Positions 27,591-35,629 of a stretch of 64,000 bases of DNA are shown piece after piece. The first letter of the stretch is position 1, and the number at the start of each line of letters is the position of its first letter. A model generated the notes under the pieces. That model did not search any database and was not told the DNA's origin. It saw only the letters and a list, made by a program, of their open reading frames with translations. Source of the DNA: Planctomycetota bacterium (GTDB lineage Bacteria > Planctomycetota > UBA1135 > UBA2386); assembly GCA_046290465.1 (NCBI GenBank), contig JBKAGP010000001.1:1504001-1568000 (forward strand). The letters run 5' to 3'. The position numbers and the translations under genes are program-made.

Positions 27591-28610
27591 GTGAACGAGT
27601 ACGGCTACAACCCGACGCTGTTCAAGCTGTGGCGCCTGCTGACCAGCAACTTCTCGCTGGGCACGTGGTTCGGCGTGCACGTCCGGATGTACTGGGCGGC
27701 GCTGATCCTGATGCCGCTGATCTTCTTCAGCCGGCTGGCGATGCTCGGCGCCGGCTTCGCGCTGCTGCTGGGCCTGACCTACTTCGCCCTGCTGTTCCTG
27801 ATCATCTGGACGCACGAGATGGGCCACATCGCGTGCGGCTGGCTGTACCGCATCCGCACCGACAAGATCACGCTGGGCCCGCTCGGCGGACTCGCGCACA
27901 TGAACTCCGGCGCCGGTGGGCCGCGCGAGGAGCTGTGGATCGCGCTGGCCGGTCCCGCCGTGCACCTGGTCTGGCTGGTCGTGTTCCTGCCGATCGAGTG
28001 GTGGGTCCCGGGCGCGACCGGCGACACCTGGTTCGGCTGGACGATCTGGTATCTCAACGCCACCAACATCGGGTTGCTGCTGTTCAACCTGCTGCCGATC
28101 TACCCGCTGGACGGCGGTCGCGTGCTACGCGCTCTACTGGCGATGCGCGTGCATCCCAACCTCGCGACGCTGTGGGCCACCAACGTCGGCATGGTCGGCG
28201 GCGGCCTGCTGATCGCGGCAGCCCTGTTCCAGGTCGGCCCCTACGGCACCATCGCCCTGTTGATCGGCCTGACCTGCATCCTGCGTTCGCTCGACGAGAA
28301 GCGGCGCGCGCGCCACGTGCTCGTCTACCAGCACGTGATGCGTCAGGATCCGTGGGAGCAGGATCCGGACGCGTGGAAGCGCGGGGCCGCCACCAGCGGG
28401 GCCGAGCCGCGACAGCCCGGTTGGTTCGCGCGTCGCCGCGAGGCGCGCGCCAAGCAGCAGGCCCGGGCCCGAGCCGAGCACGACCGCGCACTCGACGCGC
28501 AGGTCGACGCCGTGCTCGAGCGCGTCAGCGAGGTCGGCATGAGCGGCCTGAGCGACAAGGAGAAGGCCATCCTCAAGAAGGCCAGCGACCGCCGGCGCGG
28601 CGCCGGGTAG
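27591..28610 (+). CDS. M50 family site-2 protease with C-terminal helical domain
   Basis: HEMGH, ALAGP, FNLLPIYPLDGGR; tail VDAVLERVSEVGMSGLSDKEKAIL. Confidence 0.92.
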   Translation: MNEYGYNPTLFKLWRLLTSNFSLGTWFGVHVRMYWAALILMPLIFFSRLAMLGAGFALLLGLTYFALLFLIIWTHEMGHIACGWLYRIRTDKITLGPLGGLAHMNSGAGGPREELWIALAGPAVHLVWLVVFLPIEWWVPGATGDTWFGWTIWYLNATNIGLLLFNLLPIYPLDGGRVLRALLAMRVHPNLATLWATNVGMVGGGLLIAAALFQVGPYGTIALLIGLTCILRSLDEKRRARHVLVYQHVMRQDPWEQDPDAWKRGAATSGAEPRQPGWFARRREARAKQQARARAEHDRALDAQVDAVLERVSEVGMSGLSDKEKAILKKASDRRRGAG

Positions 28611-28692
28611 GCGGACGACGGGACGGGCCGACGCGGCACGGGGCTGGGGCCTGGGAGCTGGCGCCGCGACCTTCGACGGCCGTCACGTTCGG

Positions 28693-28730
28693 CGAAAGTT
28701 GGAGGATGAACCGTGTACCGTACGGCAACT
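28693..28730. repeat. Dispersed 38-bp repeat, copy 1
   Basis: cgaaagttggaggatgaaccgtgtaccgtacggcaact; 35/38 identical to 63361-63398. Confidence 0.85.
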
Positions 28731-31363
28731 CAGAGGGAGATGCCGAGGGGGCCTCGGGTGAGTTGGAAGCGGACGTTGCCGGTGGCGGTGGCGTTGGGGC
28801 GGTAACGGCGGGAGAGGGTGTCGGCGATGCGGGTGGCGAGGTCGTCGTCCGGGCCGACGTCGGCGTCGATGGCGGCGCCGATCTGCAGCAGGGGCACCAT
28901 CGGGTGGGCCTGGACCGGTGCACCGTCGACGAGCGCCAGCATCGCCTCGGCGCCGGTGCCGCCGAGGCCGGTCACGGTCTCGCTGCGATCGGCGGTCGGC
29001 GCGCGCATGACGTGCAGGCCGCGGCGCTCGACCCGCTGGCCGTAGGCGAGGCTCGGGACCGGCGTCGCGGCGAACAGCGCCGTGACGAATCCGGGTTCGC
29101 GCAGCAGCGCGTCGTTGTCGGGCACCACCACCGTGCCGCCGGCGGCGACCGCCTGCGCACAGAACGCCGCGACCATCCGGGCGCGCGCCGCGTCGACGGC
29201 GCCGGACGAGAACACCGCGAGGCGCAGGTCGGCCGCGCTCGCCTGCACTGCCTCGGGCACTGGCACGCCGTCCAGCTGGGCCGAGAACCAGGCGACGATG
29301 CGCGCCCGCACCTTCTCGATGCCGCCGTCCAGCTGCACGCTGGCATAGCCGAAGCCGTCGGTCGCCTCGCCGCGCTCGCGCAGCCAGTGCTGCACGGCGT
29401 CGTTGTGGGTCTTCTCGCAGCCGTGCTCGAGCAGCACCGCGCGCTGCGTGAACGGATGGCGCAGGTGGCCCAGCAGCGTCTCGAGGTAGAGGTCGTCGGC
29501 GTTGGCCGCACCGCAGCCCTCGGTGTGCGCCAGCGCCACGAACCGCGACAGCCCGGCCCCGAGCTCGCCGCGGGCGTTGAGGTCCTGCACGACCAGTTCG
29601 GCGACCTGGCCGGAGCAGATGCTGGTCGGCATCACCAGACCGACGCGGTCGGCGACCGGCCCGTCGGCGCCGGCGAACGCGTGGTAGCGCAGCTGCAGCG
29701 GCGCGGCCGCCACGGCCGGCAGCGGCGCGCCGTCGGGCCGCGGCTCGGCGCGCAGGCCGGCGAGCCGGGAGCCGTCGTCCTGCTGCCACTCGCGCCAGAT
29801 CGAGACCTGCGCGTGCCCGGCAGCCTCGCCCTTGCTGCGCTCGCCGGACGCCACCCGCCGCACCAGCTCGAAGGTCTCGGCCCCGAGTTCGTGCATCGGC
29901 ATGCCGTCGTTGTAGCGGCCGGCGTTGACGTCCATCTCGTTGGCCAGCATCTCGAAGCGACCGGTGGTCGTGACGAACTTGAGCGTCGGCACGAACGGGA
30001 AGTTGGTGATCGAACCGTTGCCGGTGATGAACAGGATCAGGTTGCAGCCCGACGCGACCTGGCCGGCGATCGACTCGAGGTCGTTGCCCGGGCTGTCCAT
30101 GAAGTAGTAGCCGCCCTCGTGCATCGGCTGGCCGTAGTCGAGCACGTGGTCGAGCCGCACGTCGGGGTCCTTCTTGCGAGCCGCGCCGAGCGACTTCAGC
30201 GCGATGTTGTAGAGGCCGCGATAGTTGTTGCCGCCCGACGGGTTGCCCTGCGCGCTCGCGCCGTGGCGCTCGGTGCGCTCCTTGAACACGTCGATCTTGT
30301 CGAGGAAGCGCTCGGCGACCTCGCGGCTGCGCACGTTCTGCAGCACGTACGGCTCGGCCCCGATCAACTCGTCGGTCTCGGCGAGGTTGGCGGCACCGCC
30401 GTGGCGGATCAGCTCCTTGGCGACCCAGCCGGCGAGCGCGTTGCCCGACACGCCCGAGAACGCGTCGGAGCCGCCGCACTGCAGCGCCAGCCGCAGGCCC
30501 GACAGCGGCTGCTCGCTGCGCTCGCTGCTGGCGGCCTGCTGCAGCAGTTCGAAGGCTTGCGCCGCGGCCTGCGACACGGCGCGTTCGAACGAGCCGTCGA
30601 CGGTCACGAACGCGTGCGGCACCGCGTCGATCGGGTAGCCGTGTTCGCGCGCGAAGCGCTCGAGATCGCGGTTGCGGTAGCTGCCGACGCCGTGGTCGAC
30701 CACCAGCACCGCGCCGGTGTTGCCGTGCACGCACCAGCCGGCCAGCGCGCGCAGCACGAACGCGAGGTTGTGCGGCGTGCGCTCGCCGCCGCCCTCGGTG
30801 TGGGTCACCGCGGCGACCTCACAGCGCTCCGGGCCGACGCCGCCGTCGCGCCGCACCCGCTCGGCGACCGCGGTCGCCACCGCCGCGTCGTTCGAGGTCA
30901 GCCCGATCACCACCAGGAAGTTGCGCGTGCCGATGCCGCGACCACCGGGGCGTCCGTAGCCGGCGAAGGTGCCCGGGACCGCGACCGGCGCGACCTGCAC
31001 CCCCGGCTCGATGCGCGCCGTCGCCAGGTCGAAGCGGTCGAACCGGTCGGTGAAGTTGGCCTCGGCCGGCAGCGCGAAGTCGAGGTCCCGCTCGCCGAGG
31101 GCCCGCAGGATGCGCTCGTTGCACAGGTAGTCGCCCGGGGAGAGGTCGCGCGTCGCGTCGCCGAACGGCAGCCCCCACGACAGCAGCGGCTCGCCGGCTG
31201 CGATCGGCGCGAACGCGAACCGGTGGCCCTCGAGCACCGTGTGGCCGACCGCGAACGTCGCTCCGTCCCGCTCCAGCACCGTGCCCTGCTCGAGCCGACG
31301 CACGGCGATCGCGACGTTGTCTCCCGGCGCCGGCAGGCGGCTGCAATCCTCGAAACGCATCAT
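28730..31363 (-). CDS. UxaA/GarD family sugar-acid dehydratase (SAF domain + internally duplicated core)
   Basis: DNVAIA..GHRFA (SAF); GYGRPGGRGIGTRN; QCGGSDAFSG; GNPSGGN; KSLGA; DSPGND; second copy HTEGCG, EHGCEK. Confidence 0.88.
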   Translation of the reverse strand: MMRFEDCSRLPAPGDNVAIAVRRLEQGTVLERDGATFAVGHTVLEGHRFAFAPIAAGEPLLSWGLPFGDATRDLSPGDYLCNERILRALGERDLDFALPAEANFTDRFDRFDLATARIEPGVQVAPVAVPGTFAGYGRPGGRGIGTRNFLVVIGLTSNDAAVATAVAERVRRDGGVGPERCEVAAVTHTEGGGERTPHNLAFVLRALAGWCVHGNTGAVLVVDHGVGSYRNRDLERFAREHGYPIDAVPHAFVTVDGSFERAVSQAAAQAFELLQQAASSERSEQPLSGLRLALQCGGSDAFSGVSGNALAGWVAKELIRHGGAANLAETDELIGAEPYVLQNVRSREVAERFLDKIDVFKERTERHGASAQGNPSGGNNYRGLYNIALKSLGAARKKDPDVRLDHVLDYGQPMHEGGYYFMDSPGNDLESIAGQVASGCNLILFITGNGSITNFPFVPTLKFVTTTGRFEMLANEMDVNAGRYNDGMPMHELGAETFELVRRVASGERSKGEAAGHAQVSIWREWQQDDGSRLAGLRAEPRPDGAPLPAVAAAPLQLRYHAFAGADGPVADRVGLVMPTSICSGQVAELVVQDLNARGELGAGLSRFVALAHTEGCGAANADDLYLETLLGHLRHPFTQRAVLLEHGCEKTHNDAVQHWLRERGEATDGFGYASVQLDGGIEKVRARIVAWFSAQLDGVPVPEAVQASAADLRLAVFSSGAVDAARARMVAAFCAQAVAAGGTVVVPDNDALLREPGFVTALFAATPVPSLAYGQRVERRGLHVMRAPTADRSETVTGLGGTGAEAMLALVDGAPVQAHPMVPLLQIGAAIDADVGPDDDLATRIADTLSRRYRPNATATGNVRFQLTRGPLGISL

Positions 31364-31511
31364 CGGCGGAGAGCTTACCGCGGCCCGGCCCGCCAGACCG
31401 CACCCGCCCCGACGGCACGTGGGACACCTCTGGTGCACGGATCGAGCCCGACCGGTTGACGGCCGGACGCGTTCGCAAGAACATGCTGCGGCCCCCTCCC
31501 CGAGTGATCTC

Positions 31512-33470
31512 GTGCCCAGCCACTCGCCCCTCCCCCGTCTGCCACTCCCCCGTCTGCCACTCCCCCTTCTGGCACTCCCCCTTCTGGCACTGCGCCAGCT
31601 GGCGGTCGCCGCCCTGTCGGCGTTCGCCCTGACCGCGCAGGCCAAGGTCCACCCCGACGAACTCAAGCTCAAGCCGCAGATCGACAAGGCGATCGAACGC
31701 GGCGTGGAGTACCTCTGCAACGAGCAGCTGCGTGACGGCTCGTGGGGTCTGCACGGCGACTACATCGGCGGCCGCGGCGGCCTGGTGCTCTACACCTTGC
31801 TGCAGTGCGGCGTCAGCCGCGACCACCCGGCCGTGCAGCGCGCGGTGGCCTACCTCGAGGGCTGCGATCCCGATCGCACCTACGCCACCACCACCATGCT
31901 GCTCGCCTACGACGCGCTGCGCGACGGCAAGCGCAAGCGCCGCATCGAGCAGCTGGTCGAGAAGCTGCTGCTGTGGCAGAAGCCCGGCGGCGACTGGGGC
32001 TACCCGCACGCCGGCCCCGACCTGTCGTGCACGCAGTACGCGGCGCTCGGCCTCTACATCGGCCAGAAGCACGGCATCAAGATCGATCCGTCGCACTTCC
32101 TCGATCTGCTCGACTCGCTCGAGGACTACCGCGGCGACGTCGACAAGATCACCAACCCCAACGTCGGCGAGGGCCGCACCGGCGCCGCCAAGGTCGAGAT
32201 CGCCGGCTATCGCTATCGTCGCCACGCCGAGGGCGAGCCGTGCACCGGCTCGATGACGACCGCGGCGCTGGCGGTCATGCAGATCTGCAAGGCCGGCCTC
32301 GGCAAGAAGCTGCGCCGCACCACCCGCAACCAGATCGAGCGCGCCAGCGACGCGGCGATGATCTGGATGGGCAAGCACTTCACGCCCGACAAGAACCCGT
32401 TCGGCGGCCACCACTACTACTACCTCTACGGCTGCGAACGCGCCGGCGCGCTGCTGCGCACCGAGCAGTTCGGCCAGCACTGGTGGTACCTCGACGGCGC
32501 GAAGTTCCTGGTCGGCAGGCAGGACAAGAAGGACGGCAAGTGGAGCAACGTGACCGACACGTGCTTCGCGCTGCTGTTCCTGCGCCGCGCGACCAGCGGC
32601 CACGCGCCGACCACCGGCCTCGGCGGCGCCAACACCCACAGCTTTGCGGTCGGTGACGAGAACAGCGACGTGCGCCTGCGCGGCGCCGGCCAGCAGCCGC
32701 TGTCGATGTGGATCGACGGATTCGGCAAGGACCTGCTCGACCTGCACAGCGAGTACGGCCTGCGCGTCGTCTCGGTCACCTACGAGGACGACCAGGGCAA
32801 CGTGCTCGGCAAGGTCGCCAGCGATCCGAGCAAGACCTGGAACACCGAGACGTATCTCTACCGCGACAAGGCGATCGCCCGCGGCGCGCACAAGATCCGC
32901 GCCAGGCTCGAGGTGCTGACCAACGACAGCATTCCGGGGCAGACCGACGCGACTGCGGAGCTGACGTCGGGCTGGATGGAGGTCAAGATCCGCGACGTGC
33001 TGGCGCCGTGGATGGAGACCGCGACCAACGCCTACCGCGAGAACATCCTGCGCCTGCAGAAGGCCAAGGTGACGGTGTCGAGCGCGGCGGATCGCAACCC
33101 CGGCGAGCACCTGATCGACGGCTTCGAGTCACGACGCTGGCTGGCCGAGGCCGAGGACGACGAACCGACGGTGACGTTCTCGTGGCGCAAGGCGCAGAAG
33201 GTCGGCCGCATCATGCTGACCGGCCTGGCCCAGCACGACCGGGAGCTCGGTCGCTTCGACGGCTTCGCGATCGAGTTCGCGGTCGGCAACGACCGCCGCC
33301 GCTGGACCCGCATCGACGTGCCGAGCGACTCGCTCGAACCGGTGGTGTTCGAGCTCGACAAGCCGCGCAAGATGCGCAGCCTGAAGATCCGCTTCGTCGA
33401 CCGCGTCAAGCGCAACGGCCAGCTCGGCCTGTCCGAGTTCGCGCTGCTGCCGCCGGCCAAGAAGCGCTGA
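31512..33470 (+). CDS. Secreted prenyltransferase/squalene-cyclase-repeat protein with C-terminal F5/8C (discoidin)-like domain
   Basis: QLRDGSW, QKPGGDWGY, DLSCTQYAALGL, GSMTTAAL, YYYLYGCER, DTCFALLFLRRA; LIDG..RRW. Start (GTG 31512) uncertain. Confidence 0.8.
   Translation: MPSHSPLPRLPLPRLPLPLLALPLLALRQLAVAALSAFALTAQAKVHPDELKLKPQIDKAIERGVEYLCNEQLRDGSWGLHGDYIGGRGGLVLYTLLQCGVSRDHPAVQRAVAYLEGCDPDRTYATTTMLLAYDALRDGKRKRRIEQLVEKLLLWQKPGGDWGYPHAGPDLSCTQYAALGLYIGQKHGIKIDPSHFLDLLDSLEDYRGDVDKITNPNVGEGRTGAAKVEIAGYRYRRHAEGEPCTGSMTTAALAVMQICKAGLGKKLRRTTRNQIERASDAAMIWMGKHFTPDKNPFGGHHYYYLYGCERAGALLRTEQFGQHWWYLDGAKFLVGRQDKKDGKWSNVTDTCFALLFLRRATSGHAPTTGLGGANTHSFAVGDENSDVRLRGAGQQPLSMWIDGFGKDLLDLHSEYGLRVVSVTYEDDQGNVLGKVASDPSKTWNTETYLYRDKAIARGAHKIRARLEVLTNDSIPGQTDATAELTSGWMEVKIRDVLAPWMETATNAYRENILRLQKAKVTVSSAADRNPGEHLIDGFESRRWLAEAEDDEPTVTFSWRKAQKVGRIMLTGLAQHDRELGRFDGFAIEFAVGNDRRRWTRIDVPSDSLEPVVFELDKPRKMRSLKIRFVDRVKRNGQLGLSEFALLPPAKKR
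31527..31601. repeat. 15-bp tandem repeat (4-5 copies) in signal-peptide region
   Basis: cccctcccccgtctg, ccactcccccgtctg, ccactcccccttctg, gcactcccccttctg, degenerate fifth; encodes PLPRL/PLPLL/ALPLL. Confidence 0.85.
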
Positions 33471-33492
33471 CGCGCCGCCGACGACGCGGGGA

Positions 33493-34059
33493 CTACCGGT
33501 GCCGCTTCCAGGCGCGCTCGAGCGCGTTGGCGAACTTGCGGTCGCCGCCGCTCTCGCCGGCGACGTAGAGCACGAACTGGCTGCCGTCGTCGCGCTCGAT
33601 CGTGATCAGCGCGTCGTCGACCCAGCCCTCCGCGTAGCGCACGTCGACGTCGGCGATCTCCTCGTACGGCGCCGCATCGACCTGCAGCTGCTCGTCCTCG
33701 GTCCAGTAGCTGATGACCCGCCGGTCGGTGCACAGATTGCCGTCCTCGAGGTAGTCGAACAGGCCGCCGCAGTACAGGTAGAGCACCCGCTCGTCGTCCT
33801 CGAGGATGTCGGCGTCGCGCAGCCTGGCCACCACGCGCGCCGGCACGTCGTCGCCGGCGACCGCGGCCGTGTCGGGGAAGTAGCCGAGTTCGAACGCCAT
33901 GCCGATCGCCACCAGCGACAGCATCAGGATGCCGGCGAGCACGAAGCCGACGATCGCGACGGCACCCCCGGGCGAGCGCCAGAAGCTCTTCTTCACGCGC
34001 TTCTCGGGCAAGTCGGGCGGTAGCGGCGGCGGGGTGCTGGCGATCACGTCCTCGGACAT
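33493..34059 (-). CDS. Hypothetical single-pass membrane protein
   Basis: One TM helix then acidic domain (EDGNLCTDRRVISYW); TAGGAT 6 nt before ATG. Confidence 0.75.
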   Translation of the reverse strand: MSEDVIASTPPPLPPDLPEKRVKKSFWRSPGGAVAIVGFVLAGILMLSLVAIGMAFELGYFPDTAAVAGDDVPARVVARLRDADILEDDERVLYLYCGGLFDYLEDGNLCTDRRVISYWTEDEQLQVDAAPYEEIADVDVRYAEGWVDDALITIERDDGSQFVLYVAGESGGDRKFANALERAWKRHR

Positions 34060-34241
34060 GCAGCCATCCTAGTCCACGGGGTCGCGCGAGTTCGCGGCGA
34101 ACCGCCGACCGCAGTGTCAATGCAGCGCGCCGCATCGGAGCACGTTCGTAGCGCGTCTCGGTGGTTTCCCGGGCAGAAGCCGACGCGCGCATCGGCCATA
34201 CTCCGCCTCGAACAACTCGCTACGAACCTACTCCGAAGAAC

Positions 34242-35264
34242 ATGCACACCCCCCTGCTCGCCCGTAGTCCGCTCTCCCGCACCCTCTTGACCGTCTCGCT
34301 GCTGGCCGCCACCCCGCTCGTCGCGCAGACGAGCACCGCGTCGACCGTGATCACCCACGACGGCGTCGGCTGCCAGTACGGCAACGGCTGGCTGACCAAC
34401 TACGTGACCCCGGGCGCCGGCATCACGTTCGCCTACGACCAGTCGACCGGCGTGCTCGACGTCACCATCGACAACACCACGCCCGTCGTCGCCGGCGAGG
34501 CGACCGCGACGATCAGCGAGGTCCACTTCAACCTGCCGCCCGGTGCCGTCACCGGTGCCGTGCTGGCGAACCAGACCGGCGCGGGCGGCGCCACGCCGGC
34601 CTTCACGCTGAGCTTCGACGCCGACACCGCTGCCGCGCCCAACCCCAACGGCGCCGGCTGCCTGGGCAACTTCAACGTGACGCTGAGCGGTGGCGCGATC
34701 GCCAACGCGGCGGCCACCAACGTCGCGACCGCCAACCCGACGATCGGCCCGGTCACGTTCTCGATCCAGCTGACCGGCCCGGGCACCGACGGCATCGACG
34801 CGGAGGCCGCGATCGCGACGATCTCGCAGAACGCCACCATCGCGACCAACGTCGCGGCGACGTTCCAGGACGGCGGCGTCACCGGCACCGACGCCGGCAT
34901 CTCGGGCGCCTGTGACTTCTGCCGCACGGCGATGTACACGACCGGCAGCCGCACGCCGGGTGGCCAGTTCGACATCTGCGTCTCGGGCGGCTACGGCTGC
35001 CACGCCTGCGTCTGGGTCTCGGCCACCGCCGGCCCGACCACGGTCGGCAACGAAACGATCCCGATCGGCCTGCCGATCGCGGCAGCCTGGACGCTCGGCA
35101 ACTTCGGCCTCGCGGGCGCCGGCAACTCGTTCTGCATTCCGGTCAACGTGCCGAACAACCCGCAGCTGAGCGGCTTCACGTTCCACGTCGTGAACATCAC
35201 CTACAACGCGCTGAACGTCGTCGACTACAGCTTCTCGGCGCCGCTCGAGATCGTCATCAACTGA
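34242..35264 (+). CDS. Secreted Thr/Ala/Gly/Asn-rich beta protein with C-terminal beta-sandwich
   Basis: Signal peptide ending PLVAQ; C-terminus VPNNPQLSGFTFHV..FSAPLEIVIN. Confidence 0.8.
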   Translation: MHTPLLARSPLSRTLLTVSLLAATPLVAQTSTASTVITHDGVGCQYGNGWLTNYVTPGAGITFAYDQSTGVLDVTIDNTTPVVAGEATATISEVHFNLPPGAVTGAVLANQTGAGGATPAFTLSFDADTAAAPNPNGAGCLGNFNVTLSGGAIANAAATNVATANPTIGPVTFSIQLTGPGTDGIDAEAAIATISQNATIATNVAATFQDGGVTGTDAGISGACDFCRTAMYTTGSRTPGGQFDICVSGGYGCHACVWVSATAGPTTVGNETIPIGLPIAAAWTLGNFGLAGAGNSFCIPVNVPNNPQLSGFTFHVVNITYNALNVVDYSFSAPLEIVIN

Positions 35265-35559
35265 TCGTCCGCAGCCGCAGCCGGACCGCGCCGCGCTCGA
35301 CGGCGCCCATCTCACGCCAACGGGTGATCTCGTCGACGGTCCGGCCGCAGCCGCGACAGAGGGTGCGCGCCTCGTCGAGCGTGCACAGGCTGACGCACGG
35401 CGACGGCACCTCGCCGGCGGCGCACGAACGGCACAGCTGCCGCTGGTCGAGGCCGTGATGGCTGGCGAACACCAGCACCTCGGCGACCGCCGACCGCGTC
35501 CCGACCTCGTTGCGGGGCACCACGGCGGAGCAGATCGGACACGAGACGTCGGCGTTCAC
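35257..35559 (-). CDS. DUF1289 family Cys-rich protein with an extra N-terminal Cys-rich motif
   Basis: SPCVSLCTLD..LCRGCGRTVDEITRW preceded by CPIC and CRSC. Confidence 0.8.
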   Translation of the reverse strand: MNADVSCPICSAVVPRNEVGTRSAVAEVLVFASHHGLDQRQLCRSCAAGEVPSPCVSLCTLDEARTLCRGCGRTVDEITRWREMGAVERGAVRLRLRTIS

Positions 35560-35629
35560 GGGGCGAAGACGAGACCCGAATCGAGGCCTCGGCGCAATCC
35601 TCGGCCGTCCCGCCGCTAAGCTCTGCGCC

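Noticed and set aside
13509..31459. Very long antisense or off-frame ORFs (13509-17270, 22338-25985, 22897-25728, 27629-31459)
   Set aside because: Shadow ORFs expected in high-GC DNA; no motifs, and they overlap well-supported genes.
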